A DNA stretch of 64,000 bases from positions 4,002 to 68,001 of the forward strand of contig JBHIBS010000001.1 of the NCBI GenBank assembly GCA_046759165.1. Direction: 5' to 3'. This document shows positions 45,321 to 55,109 of the stretch, in pieces. The DNA comes from a bacterium. GTDB taxonomy: Bacteria > UBA6262 > WVXT01. Position 1 is the stretch's first letter. Every line of letters begins with the position of its first letter. The translations under genes and the position numbers were made by a program. The notes under the pieces were generated by a model. The model had not been told where the DNA came from. It ran no database searches and worked only from the letters and a program-made list of their open reading frames with translations.

Positions 45321-47498
45321 CTAGGTCCTCTCACGATTTTCTTCCCAGATGGGTAGGAAGATAGTAAACTTGGTTCCTTTCTCTACTTCGCTCTCTACAT
45401 TTATTTCCCCATTGTGGTCTCTTATTATACGATAAGCCATTGACAATCCCACTCCTGTTCCTTTGGAGCCCTTGGTGGTAAAGAAGAGGTCGAACAGTTT
45501 ATCTAGGTTCTCTTTAGAAATTCCGCAACCATTATCTGCTATTGTTATCTCGACCTTTTCCGGATTATCTTTTCCAGCACTTGCTGAAATGGTGAGTTCT
45601 CCTTTCTTACCAGCCATCGCCTCGCAGGCATTTATAATCATATTCAAAAAGACCTGTTCCAGCTGGACACCAATCCCTTTTATCTTGGCCAAATCTTGGG
45701 GAATATCTTTACTTACATTAATACCTCCCCGAGAAATTTGATACTGTGCTAAGCCCAGGGCATCTTCCATTACAGAATTCAAGTCTGTCGGCAGAAAGTC
45801 CCTATCAGAAGGTTTAGCATAGCCCCTTATCCTCTGGATGAGCTTAGCCGCCCTGTGAGCAGTCTCCACCATCTTCTCCTGTCTGTCCCTTATGGTTTGC
45901 AGGATTTCTTTCTCCCTTTCAGTCAGATTTGCTTGACTGAAATCTTCCTTTATGTCACGGATGCACAACTCAGCGCCCATACTGACAATGGCTAAAGGGT
46001 TATCTATCTGATGGGCAAAGCCAGCAGCCAACTCCCCAACGGAAGAGAGCCTAGCCGCCTGAATCATTGTCGCTTGAGACTCTTTAAGTTCCTGATAGAA
46101 TTGAGCATTCTCAATCGCTAAAGCAGCCTGCCCGGCTAAAATCTTAAACATGTCTAAATCGTCAGGCGTATAAATCTCTTTGGAGCGCTTTGTACCCAAC
46201 ACTAAAAAGGCAGTCAGCTCTTCACCGATGAAAGCAGGCAATAATAGAGATGCCCCCATACTTCTCAATTGTGTTTCCACTTCTCCCAGGTGTTCTCGCT
46301 CGCTGGTCTGAAAATGGCTGATAACTTCCTCTTTCAAAATAGGTCCTCTATCTCTACTTCTGGATAGTATCTGAATTAAAGGAGCATCTTTAGATAGAGA
46401 ATCTCCGACCTGTTTTCTTCTCTCTTTGCCATAGCGAATCTCCCGCACATATTGATTGGTTCTCTTATCCCATAGATAAATGCGGGCATGACTGATTCCG
46501 ATTTCCTTCGTCACATCACGAATGATTAAAACCAAAAGGCTCCTTAGATCTTTGGTCAAAGTCATTTGCTTTGCCAAGTTTATTAAGTTTTGTTGGTATA
46601 TCCTTTGCTTCTTTAAAAGGATTCTATTAGCTCTCTCCTGGAAGTAATGACTTATGGTAGGAGCAACAAAAGCGAGTAATTCACACCCAGCCACACCAGC
46701 TGGCACAAGCCACCAATAAGTACCAAAGTACCGATATAAAAAAGGCCGATGAAGAACAAGAAGTAACGGTGGAATTCCTAAAAAGATAGAGTAAACGGTT
46801 GTAAATATCGCCGTCTTAGTGACCGCCGCGGTAATATCCATCAGCCGCGTCGTAATGATTGCATAAGTTATTATAATAGGATATAAGAAAACTAAATAAT
46901 GACCAAATGGAAATATCGGGATATTATAAATCAATGGATAGTTGGTCGCTCCTCCACCGAATCCAATAATAGAAGCTAACAAGATATATCTTATCTGGTT
47001 ACGCTTGTACCCAGAGACCTCTTTATACTTTGTGAGCATAATATAAATAGAATAGACAACGCACGAAGAGAATGTTAAAAGGAAGAAGTGGTACACGACA
47101 CCAGGTTGCGGATAATACCTAAAGGAAAGCTTAGGGACTATGTCTTTAATAAAGAAAGGAGTCAAATTAAAACTTAGAAGGACTAGACCGATTAAGTAAA
47201 CGCATTTAATTAATCTTTTCCGTTTCTCTCGGAGATCCAAAAACGAATGAACAAAATCGAGAAAAAATACAGGAATCAAAGTAGCACCAGAATAAAGAAC
47301 TCGTGTCCAAAATAGAGCTTTCCCCTTGTCAATCGAGAGCAACAACATAAAATAGGCAAATCCCCAAATAAATATGCTCATGCTTAACAAGCACCATATT
47401 TTGTTTGTAAATTGTTTTCTATTCTTAAAATATACGAATAATCCAAGAATTAAACCGATTATTGCGGTTATTAAACATGATAGTGCAAAGTACATCAA
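45321..47498 (-). CDS. Sensor histidine kinase: multi-TM N-terminal domain, GAF, HisKA, HATPase_c (no cognate response regulator adjacent)
   Basis: About seven hydrophobic helices in the first 280 aa; GAF-like region; H-box ELAAGFAHQIDNPL; N/G1/G2 boxes (NACEAM, DNGCGI, GSKGTGVGL). Its stop abuts the murB start, and its start is 3 nt from the DUF362 stop. Confidence 0.85.
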   Translation of the reverse strand: MMYFALSCLITAIIGLILGLFVYFKNRKQFTNKIWCLLSMSIFIWGFAYFMLLLSIDKGKALFWTRVLYSGATLIPVFFLDFVHSFLDLREKRKRLIKCVYLIGLVLLSFNLTPFFIKDIVPKLSFRYYPQPGVVYHFFLLTFSSCVVYSIYIMLTKYKEVSGYKRNQIRYILLASIIGFGGGATNYPLIYNIPIFPFGHYLVFLYPIIITYAIITTRLMDITAAVTKTAIFTTVYSIFLGIPPLLLVLHRPFLYRYFGTYWWLVPAGVAGCELLAFVAPTISHYFQERANRILLKKQRIYQQNLINLAKQMTLTKDLRSLLVLIIRDVTKEIGISHARIYLWDKRTNQYVREIRYGKERRKQVGDSLSKDAPLIQILSRSRDRGPILKEEVISHFQTSEREHLGEVETQLRSMGASLLLPAFIGEELTAFLVLGTKRSKEIYTPDDLDMFKILAGQAALAIENAQFYQELKESQATMIQAARLSSVGELAAGFAHQIDNPLAIVSMGAELCIRDIKEDFSQANLTEREKEILQTIRDRQEKMVETAHRAAKLIQRIRGYAKPSDRDFLPTDLNSVMEDALGLAQYQISRGGINVSKDIPQDLAKIKGIGVQLEQVFLNMIINACEAMAGKKGELTISASAGKDNPEKVEITIADNGCGISKENLDKLFDLFFTTKGSKGTGVGLSMAYRIIRDHNGEINVESEVEKGTKFTIFLPIWEENRERT

Positions 47499-47500
47499 TT

Positions 47501-48643
47501 TTATACCACCGATAATTTCACACTCAGATAATTTACGACGTGTTTTAGGGAGGGAGGACAGCCCTCTAAGTGCTCTACATTATTCTTTTTACACCATTCT
47601 TGTGCACAATCTCCTATGCCTATGCATTTACCCATTCGCGAGACGTCCAATCCATGGCAGTTTCCAAATACTACATCTGTTCTGAATAAATGTGACCTCG
47701 TAAAGAGGGAGAAACTGGGAATAAATTTTCTTTTTATTTCTTTGCCTGCTCTATCAAGGTTGATGATGCACCTCGAACATGCACTAGTCGGCCAAATGTA
47801 TAGTTTTTTTCCCTTTAGAATAAACCTTGTAGCCGGGACGAATTTGACCATTCTGTCTTCATTCTCTCTGATTTTACTCTCCTGGACAAATTTTCCAGCC
47901 CCAATATTTTCTGCTATACAAATATGTTTTACACGTGAATAGTCTAGTCCTATCATCGCCGCCGCAAACGAATCAATCTCAACCATATCGTCACCACAGA
48001 AGACCAGATTTGCTGTTCTATCCTTACCATGATGTGGTCCATTTTCTTCCATTCCTGTAATGCCTTCTATCATATTTAGGGTTGGCTTAATAATTTCTCC
48101 TAGATACGCAATATATCTATCCAAATCCAGCTTGTGCATCTGGAGCTTATTAACCGACGGTAACACCCCCATTTGGTTTTTCAGGGATAGTGTTACTCCT
48201 GTTTCCATATGCGTCTTAAGCTTCGCTAGGTTAATGTAGCTGTCGACTTCAGTCAAAATTTCAGGTATCATAAAGGTTATTTGCTTACATTTTACCTTCC
48301 TCCTTTTGGCCTTGTCTAAATTTAAAAGGGTTACTCCTCTAAGAGAGGCGAATTGTTGAAAATTAGAAAGTTTAAGGATTCGTTCGAAAGGATAAGGCTG
48401 TTCAGGAGTTCCTATGAGAGAAGTATGTCCAATTATAACTTTACAGTTTCTTCCTAACAAAAAGGCAAGCAGTTCTTTCATAAAATTCGCATCGGTATTT
48501 TCACTTTTATAAATTGGGACTCTACCTCCCAAGTTTGGCTTGATAAAAATCTTGCCCCTAGGTTTGAACCCCATCTTATTGAAAAGGCTTTCAACATGAC
48601 TTCTCAGATCTCCTCCGCCATACTTTTCTAAGAGGACAGCCAT
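47501..48643 (-). CDS. DUF362 domain protein with Cys-rich C-terminal extension
   Basis: IFIKPNLGG and AKLKTH core typical of DUF362; C-terminal CSRCIINLD...CHG...CIGIGDCAQEWC...C cluster. Confidence 0.6.
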   Translation of the reverse strand: MAVLLEKYGGGDLRSHVESLFNKMGFKPRGKIFIKPNLGGRVPIYKSENTDANFMKELLAFLLGRNCKVIIGHTSLIGTPEQPYPFERILKLSNFQQFASLRGVTLLNLDKAKRRKVKCKQITFMIPEILTEVDSYINLAKLKTHMETGVTLSLKNQMGVLPSVNKLQMHKLDLDRYIAYLGEIIKPTLNMIEGITGMEENGPHHGKDRTANLVFCGDDMVEIDSFAAAMIGLDYSRVKHICIAENIGAGKFVQESKIRENEDRMVKFVPATRFILKGKKLYIWPTSACSRCIINLDRAGKEIKRKFIPSFSLFTRSHLFRTDVVFGNCHGLDVSRMGKCIGIGDCAQEWCKKNNVEHLEGCPPSLKHVVNYLSVKLSVV

Positions 48644-48878
48644 TTTTCGGAACCTTCTTTTTCCTCTCCCCTGTCTGGATAGTTAAGACAAGATTGTTTT
48701 ATTCATTAGAAATACTCTTCCGCGACTCTCTTGCTTAGCGGCCTTCTTAGCTTTTTTGGATTGACAATATTGAGTTTCCGCATACGCCCAAATATACTGG
48801 TTCTAATTTATAGGCGATAACATACCTTCGGGGTCATGTTTTTCAACCCGGTTTTAGCTTTTTCTACCCCAATTCTAA

Positions 48879-49766
48879 CTATGTAGAAAAAGTCTTGGGT
48901 ATTTGCGATAGGTTCGATATTTTGTCCATGACCTCATCTGCCATTTTTTGCAATGTATTTTTACTGGTCTTTTTGCCGAAGTACTTATTTAGAAAAATCT
49001 GCTCACCTATGCGGACTTTACACCTGCGAGAAAGACGGGGAAAAGGCACATCTCTCGGGAATACATCAAATGTCCCTGTAATGCCCACAGGGATTATTGG
49101 GACCCTTGCTACTATTCCAAGTTTTACAAATCCTAGTTTCCCTCTCTGAATTTTTCCATTTATAGATCTACTTCCTTCCGGGAATATTACTACCACTTTA
49201 TTTTGCTGCAAAATCTTCACTACTTCTCTAAAATATTTTACTCCAGGTTCTTCTCTGTCCAAGTAAATCCTCTCGTTATATCTCATAAACCATCTTAAAA
49301 TCGACACTCGATGTAATTCCCGTGCTGCCAAAAAATATAATCTTCTTCTTATTACAGCAGATATAATAAAGAAATCAAGATAACTAGCGTGATTTGCCAC
49401 AATGATAGCACTATCTAATTTCGGCACACTCTCTATACCTTCTACTTCCCGTATCCAAAAAAGATAAAGAATTGCCCTTACTATTGGCTTTGTTAACAGA
49501 TAAAAGACTCTTACGAGTAGTGGAGTTCTACGGTCAAATGCCCTGCGTTCGGATTTTGATCTCCTGTCGAGGAAATCGATCTCTATTTTTTTGACCCTTC
49601 GTTCCTTACGTCTACGTTCCCTTTGTTTACGGCTGTTCATGTATACATTTTGCTTCTGATAAGGGTCTTCAATCAACCTATGTTTAATTTTATAACTTGC
49701 AAAATTACCCAGCATCTCGTCATCTTTAGTATACATTTTGCCAAGAATGTGCCAGATTTTGCCCAT
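48879..49766 (-). CDS. Lysophospholipid (1-acyl-sn-glycerol-3-phosphate) acyltransferase family protein, PlsC-like
   Basis: HxxxxD motif in IVANHASYLDF and FPEGSRS motif. A TM helix precedes the domain. About 80 aa of Arg/Lys-rich N-terminal sequence has an uncertain start. Confidence 0.8.
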   Translation of the reverse strand: MGKIWHILGKMYTKDDEMLGNFASYKIKHRLIEDPYQKQNVYMNSRKQRERRRKERRVKKIEIDFLDRRSKSERRAFDRRTPLLVRVFYLLTKPIVRAILYLFWIREVEGIESVPKLDSAIIVANHASYLDFFIISAVIRRRLYFLAARELHRVSILRWFMRYNERIYLDREEPGVKYFREVVKILQQNKVVVIFPEGSRSINGKIQRGKLGFVKLGIVARVPIIPVGITGTFDVFPRDVPFPRLSRRCKVRIGEQIFLNKYFGKKTSKNTLQKMADEVMDKISNLSQIPKTFST

Positions 49767-49923
49767 TGACTCTTTTTCAGACTCCTTGGTCGGCGACCAT
49801 CCCGCTCGGGCAAAGTTAATTGCAGGTTGTCCCCACGTTCTTTTTGGATATCTGAGAATTCATCTGTGGATTCTGTCAATGAAGCCTCCCTTTTCGGAAG
49901 GACTCCAATTTTGAGCTGCCAGC

Positions 49924-51291
49924 CTAAATTTTCGTCAAAATTTCTTCCCCGATTTTATAGACGTCGCCGGCTCCTAATGTGAGAAGCAGATCCTGGGGGC
50001 GTACCCTTTTGACGACCTCCTCAATTAGAGCTTCTCGGTTTGAAACCAAAGTAACAGTTCCTCTCTTCTCGGCAGGGAAGGATTCCAGGATTAAGGATGA
50101 AGAGATTCCTGGAATGGGCTTCTCTCCCGCAGAATAGATATCTGTGAGCCAAATTTGGCTGACACTTTCAAAGGAGGGTCCAAATTTTTCTGCTAGGTCT
50201 CTCGTGCGCGTATACCGATGCGGCTGGAAGATAACTAACAGCCTCCTTTCTGGCCAGATCGATTTGATCGTCTCCAGAGTTACTCTTATTTCTGTGGGAT
50301 GGTGTCCATAGTCGTCTATAAACACTATATCGTTCTTTCTGGCCTTAATCTCCAGCCTTCGACTAACGCCAGTAAAATCAACAAAAGCCTTTCGAATCTT
50401 TTCAAATTCTATTCCCAGTTCAATACCGACCGCAGCTGCGCCTAGAGAGTTGATGACGTTATAAGCTCCAGGAAGGTGCAGTTTGAGCCTGCCCAGATTT
50501 CTTCCAGAAAAGCAGAGGTCAAATTCAGTGTCCATTCCTTCATACACTATATTTTCCGCATAAAAATCAAGGGTTTTCCCTCTCCCATAAGTATAATATT
50601 TTCTCGTTATTTGAGGAATAATTGACTTGATATTCAGATCCTCACCGCAAAGGATAATAGACCCATAAAAAGGAACTTTATTTACGAACTGTATAAAAGC
50701 ACTTTTGATATTATCCAAGGTTTTATAGTAATCAAGATGGTCATCGTCTATATTTGTGAGAAGGGCGATAGTGGGAGTAAGTTTGAGAAAAGAGCCGTCG
50801 CTCTCATCTGCTTCAGCCACTATGAACTCCCCCTTACCCAATTTAGCAGAAGAGCCAATATTTTTTAAACGCCCGCCAATTACTACTGTGGGATCCAATC
50901 CACCCTCCGCCAGAACCATGGCTACAAGTGAAGTGGTCATTGTTTTTCCATGGGTACCAGCAATTGTCAGAGCATACTTCAACCTCATCAACTCGGCAAG
51001 CATCTCAGCTCGAGGAATAACTGGAATTTTAAGTTTCTTTGCTTGAACCACTTCCGGATTATCAAGGAGTACCGCGCTGGAAGTAACCACCACGTGGGCA
51101 TCTCCCACCTGTTTAGGTCTATGACCGATAAATATTTCACCGCCCAGGGATGCCAACCTCTGTGTCACCTCTGTCTGCCTGAGGTCCGACCCACTAACTT
51201 TATAGCCCAAATTTATCAGGACTTCAGCAATTCCGCTCATCCCCGAACCACCTATTCCCACCAAATGTATGTGTTGAATCTTCTTTAACAT
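49924..51291 (-). CDS. murC: UDP-N-acetylmuramate--L-alanine ligase MurC
   Basis: IHLVGIGGSGMSGIA N-terminus; Mur ligase central domain GTHGKTTT. Confidence 0.93.
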   Translation of the reverse strand: MLKKIQHIHLVGIGGSGMSGIAEVLINLGYKVSGSDLRQTEVTQRLASLGGEIFIGHRPKQVGDAHVVVTSSAVLLDNPEVVQAKKLKIPVIPRAEMLAELMRLKYALTIAGTHGKTMTTSLVAMVLAEGGLDPTVVIGGRLKNIGSSAKLGKGEFIVAEADESDGSFLKLTPTIALLTNIDDDHLDYYKTLDNIKSAFIQFVNKVPFYGSIILCGEDLNIKSIIPQITRKYYTYGRGKTLDFYAENIVYEGMDTEFDLCFSGRNLGRLKLHLPGAYNVINSLGAAAVGIELGIEFEKIRKAFVDFTGVSRRLEIKARKNDIVFIDDYGHHPTEIRVTLETIKSIWPERRLLVIFQPHRYTRTRDLAEKFGPSFESVSQIWLTDIYSAGEKPIPGISSSLILESFPAEKRGTVTLVSNREALIEEVVKRVRPQDLLLTLGAGDVYKIGEEILTKI

Positions 51292-51316
51292 TCTGGTTTA
51301 GCCTTTCGACAAGCCC

Positions 51317-52396
51317 CTACATTGCTTCAATTAAATCGGCCATCCTGGTGGCTGCATCGTCAATAGACAGTCTTCTTGTATTATCGGCCATGCCCCTCAA
51401 CTCTGCCTGGTCATCAATCAAGTGGATGATGATATCAGCTAGTATCTCACCCGTTAACTGATCGTCCTCAATGAGTAGACAAGCCCCTCTCTTTGATAGA
51501 AACTCAGCATTCGTCTTCTGGTGACCAGCAGTTGCATAAGGATAGGGAATAAGAATGCTGGGTAACCCTTTTGCTATGATTTCAGCGACAGTACTTGCGC
51601 CAGAGCGGGAAATTACCAGATCACAACAGCTATAGGCATATTCCATATGGAGAAGATAAGGAAGAACACATGACGAGTAATCTCTTTTCTCGTATTCTTC
51701 TCTTATTTCCGAAAATTGCTCAATGCCCACAATGTGTATAATTTGAATCTTCTTCCTCAGCGGGGTCAAAAAATTTAATGCCTTTACTGTTGCCAGGTTT
51801 ATGCTATGGGCGCCTTGACTCCCTCCAAAAACCAGGAGGTTCTTCTTGCCCTCCACCAGATTCAACTTTCTTACCCCCTCGCTTCTTGCACAACTTAAGA
51901 TGGATTTGCGAACAGGGTTTCCCGTAAGAAATGTCTTCTTAGAGGGAAAATATCTTTCGGTCTCTTTAAAACTGACCGTTATTATATTGACTATCTTGGC
52001 TAAAATTCTATTGGTCAGTCCAGGAAGAACATTTTGCTCGTGAATCGCACAAGTTATTCTAGAGATTTTAGCTGCCAGAACTACTGGGAAGGCTAAATAT
52101 CCCCCCATTCCCACAACTATATCTGGTCTGAAACATCGGAAGATCTGTATAGACTGGAAGAACCCTTGAATAAATTTTCCAAGAAAGCGGATAACTTTCA
52201 GTGAAAATCCCCTTACCAAACCTTCTCCCACAATTTGGAAGAATGAGAATCCACTTTCTTGTGCTATTCTCTCGCCAATCCCTCTCTTTTTTCCCACCAG
52301 AATAACTTCATTATTGCGTTTTCTCAACTTTTCTCCCAGTGCCAGACCTGGGTAAATGTGTCCACCCGTCCCTCCCAGAACAATCAAAATACGCAT
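51317..52396 (-). CDS. murG: UDP-GlcNAc:undecaprenyl-PP-MurNAc-pentapeptide GlcNAc transferase MurG
   Basis: GGTGGH N-terminal motif; GT-B fold; dcw position. Confidence 0.92.
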   Translation of the reverse strand: MRILIVLGGTGGHIYPGLALGEKLRKRNNEVILVGKKRGIGERIAQESGFSFFQIVGEGLVRGFSLKVIRFLGKFIQGFFQSIQIFRCFRPDIVVGMGGYLAFPVVLAAKISRITCAIHEQNVLPGLTNRILAKIVNIITVSFKETERYFPSKKTFLTGNPVRKSILSCARSEGVRKLNLVEGKKNLLVFGGSQGAHSINLATVKALNFLTPLRKKIQIIHIVGIEQFSEIREEYEKRDYSSCVLPYLLHMEYAYSCCDLVISRSGASTVAEIIAKGLPSILIPYPYATAGHQKTNAEFLSKRGACLLIEDDQLTGEILADIIIHLIDDQAELRGMADNTRRLSIDDAATRMADLIEAM

Positions 52397-52485
52397 AACA
52401 CCCCTCTGTGAACAAGAATCCTCGAAGTTATCCCCTTCGGGGGTTCACACCAAGATTCCTTTATAATGCAGATCTTCACTCTTCA

Positions 52486-52530
52486 GCTACATTCATTTAC
52501 GGGTTCGATGCATCGAACCCCTACATCCAC
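52486..52530. repeat. Intergenic repeat element copy A, containing a perfect 20-bp palindrome GGGTTCGATGCATCGAACCC
   Basis: CTACATTC-ATTTACGGGT-TCGATGCATCG-AACCCCTACA. Flanks are shared with copy B at 56236-56275. Confidence 0.6.
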
Positions 52531-52542
52531 TAGTTCCAGTTA

Positions 52543-53709
52543 CTATGTCTGTCTGGAAATATTGAGAAGTATTCCCACTCCCAGCAGCGAGAAGACCAGA
52601 GAAGACCCTCCATATGAGAGAAAAGGTAAGGTGATCCCTTTAGTTGGCAGACAAGCAGTAACTATACTGATATTTAAAACAGCCTGGAAGGTGATTAAAA
52701 AAGTAATTCCGGCAGCCAGTAAATTTCCGAATTGATTGGGTGCTCTTGTAGCTATACGTAGTCCCCTCCAGGCAACAAGAACGAATAGGAATACTATCAA
52801 GCTGGCACCCAAAAATCCGAGCTCTTCTCCAATTATCGGAAAAATAAAGTCCGAATAAGGCTCGGGTAGAAAGAACAATTTGGCCCTAGAAGCGCCCAAG
52901 CCTTTCCCAAAAAGACCTCCTGAGCCTAGAGCAAGAAGAGCCTGAACGGCCTGGTAGCCTATCCTCTGGGCATCAGCCCATGGATTGAGGAAGGTTAGAA
53001 TTCGCTCTCGGCGATATCCTACATGAAAAATTGCGAAATATAAAAGTGGTAGACTTAAGAGGACAAGCGAGAGAAGATGCGAAAGCCTAACTCCTCCCAT
53101 AAAGAGCATTACTAATATAACCAGTGCCAGGATAACAGCAGTCCCCAGATCTGGCTCGGCATAAACAAGTGTCAGAAACATTGCTGTTACTACTAGAATT
53201 GGCAAAAGCCCTTTTTTGAAATTCTGGAGTTTGCTTCCTTTCCGGTCTAAAGCATCCGCCACATAGAGAATCAAACAAAATTTTGCCATCTCGGAAGGTT
53301 GAAAGCTCACCATTCCAAACTTAAGCCAGCGCTTGATTTCTCCTGACTCTACTAGCAAAACTAAAAAGAGGAGGCCCAATGAGAAAACCATAAGCGGTCG
53401 GGAAAACTTCTGCAACTTGTTATAATCAACCCTTGCTAAAGCAAGCATTAAGAATGTGCCCATTACCGTCCAGATAAACTGCTTGGTTAGAAACAGATAA
53501 CTCGTGTCGAACTTTTTATGAGATACAATTGCGCTGGCACTGAAAACCATAACCACACCTGTGAAAACCAAGAATAGAACAACCAAGAGTAGAAGAATAT
53601 CGCAGCGATGATACTCTGGTGCATATAGGCCTTTCTTTCGCTTGTATCTCGGGCTTCTAAATCCTCTGACAAATCTTCTTTTTTGAGTTCTCAGATCTCT
53701 CTTACCCAT
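52543..53709 (-). CDS. ftsW: Peptidoglycan glycosyltransferase / lipid II flippase FtsW (SEDS family)
   Basis: Ten TM segments with conserved SEDS motifs; sits between murD and murG. Confidence 0.9.
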   Translation of the reverse strand: MGKRDLRTQKRRFVRGFRSPRYKRKKGLYAPEYHRCDILLLLVVLFLVFTGVVMVFSASAIVSHKKFDTSYLFLTKQFIWTVMGTFLMLALARVDYNKLQKFSRPLMVFSLGLLFLVLLVESGEIKRWLKFGMVSFQPSEMAKFCLILYVADALDRKGSKLQNFKKGLLPILVVTAMFLTLVYAEPDLGTAVILALVILVMLFMGGVRLSHLLSLVLLSLPLLYFAIFHVGYRRERILTFLNPWADAQRIGYQAVQALLALGSGGLFGKGLGASRAKLFFLPEPYSDFIFPIIGEELGFLGASLIVFLFVLVAWRGLRIATRAPNQFGNLLAAGITFLITFQAVLNISIVTACLPTKGITLPFLSYGGSSLVFSLLGVGILLNISRQT

Positions 53710-55109
53710 GTCTTGAAATCTTTTCCTCTTTCCTCAAAGTCGGAATACATATCGAAACTGGAACAGGCTGGAGAAAGGAGAATCGAGCTACCCGGCTGGC
53801 TTAAACCATAGGACAACTCTACTGCTTCCTTCATCCCATCTACCCTGTAAATGGTAGCCGAACCGATTAACTCCCTCTCTATTCTGGGAGCAGCTTGACC
53901 CAGCAAAACAAGGGCAGCGACTTTCTCTCTAACCAAATTCGTTAATGGTCTATAAGGCGCGCCTTTATCATAGCCTCCCATGATGAGTATAATCGGGGCC
54001 TGAAATGTTTCCAGCGCCCTCTGACAAGCATCAACATTTGTCGCCTTAGAATCGTTAATAAATCTCCTCCCATCGATTTCGCGAACCATTTCCAGACGAT
54101 GTTCTATTCCTGGGAACGCCTCAATTGCTCTTCTGAGCTTATTTCTCAATATACCAAATATATTTCCCACTGCAATGGCCGCCAGAGCATTCTCTAAATT
54201 ATGGGGACCAGGGAGCCTTACATCTTCAACTGAAAGTCCATCTCTATCAGAAGGAACTTTCGCCGTCGAGTCTAAATTGGAAATTATTCTCCCTCCCTTA
54301 ACAAAAACTCCTTTTCGCAAGGCTCTCTTACTACTGAAGAAAATAACTCGGGACTTCGCTTTCCGCCCTAGAATTCTACATCTCCTATCGTCTCCATTTA
54401 GAATACAGAAGTCCTTCTCTGTCTGTTTCTTAAGAATATTAGCCTTAGCCTGGGTGTACCTGCCCATTGTCTTGTGCCTATCCATGTGGTCAGGAGTTAT
54501 GTTCAAGATCACTGCCACATAGGGATGGAAAGACTTCACATTCTCTAACTGGAAACTGCTAATTTCGAGGACCAAAACAGTCCTCTTCGTAATCCGACCC
54601 ACCACACTGGATAGAGGCGTGCCAATATTGCCTGCAACCATTACGTTTCTTCTTCTGTCACTCTTTAACACTGCCCCAATTAACTCGCAAGTTGTGGTTT
54701 TTCCGTTGGTTCCTGTAACAGCCACGACAGGAGGAAATGGCAAAGTTTTCCAGTCGAGCTCACCACAGGCAATATTAAATGCCACCTCTACTTCACTCAC
54801 CACAGGGATTTTCAGCTCCCTTGCCTTCTCCACCAGGGGATTTTCCTGGGGGACGCCAGGACTTATGACTACCAAGTCGCATTCAGGAACTAAATTCTTT
54901 AGTCTGACTAAATCCTGGCGACCTGGAACAATCCTTACCCCTTTTTTAAGTTTTTTTATGTTACCTGTTAATTCCCTTTTACTCTTTTCATCGGTTACTG
55001 TCACTCTGGCGCCCCGAGTGGTCAATAGATTAGCTACCGCCAAGCCACTTCGGGCCAAACCTATAACTAATACTTTCCTCCCTTGGTAATAATTTTCTGT
55101 CAGTGTCAT
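53691..55109 (-). CDS. murD: UDP-N-acetylmuramoylalanine--D-glutamate ligase MurD
   Basis: Mur ligase GTNGKTTT; MurD-type N-terminal Rossmann domain (VLVIGLARSG). Confidence 0.92.
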   Translation of the reverse strand: MTLTENYYQGRKVLVIGLARSGLAVANLLTTRGARVTVTDEKSKRELTGNIKKLKKGVRIVPGRQDLVRLKNLVPECDLVVISPGVPQENPLVEKARELKIPVVSEVEVAFNIACGELDWKTLPFPPVVAVTGTNGKTTTCELIGAVLKSDRRRNVMVAGNIGTPLSSVVGRITKRTVLVLEISSFQLENVKSFHPYVAVILNITPDHMDRHKTMGRYTQAKANILKKQTEKDFCILNGDDRRCRILGRKAKSRVIFFSSKRALRKGVFVKGGRIISNLDSTAKVPSDRDGLSVEDVRLPGPHNLENALAAIAVGNIFGILRNKLRRAIEAFPGIEHRLEMVREIDGRRFINDSKATNVDACQRALETFQAPIILIMGGYDKGAPYRPLTNLVREKVAALVLLGQAAPRIERELIGSATIYRVDGMKEAVELSYGLSQPGSSILLSPACSSFDMYSDFEERGKDFKTWVREI

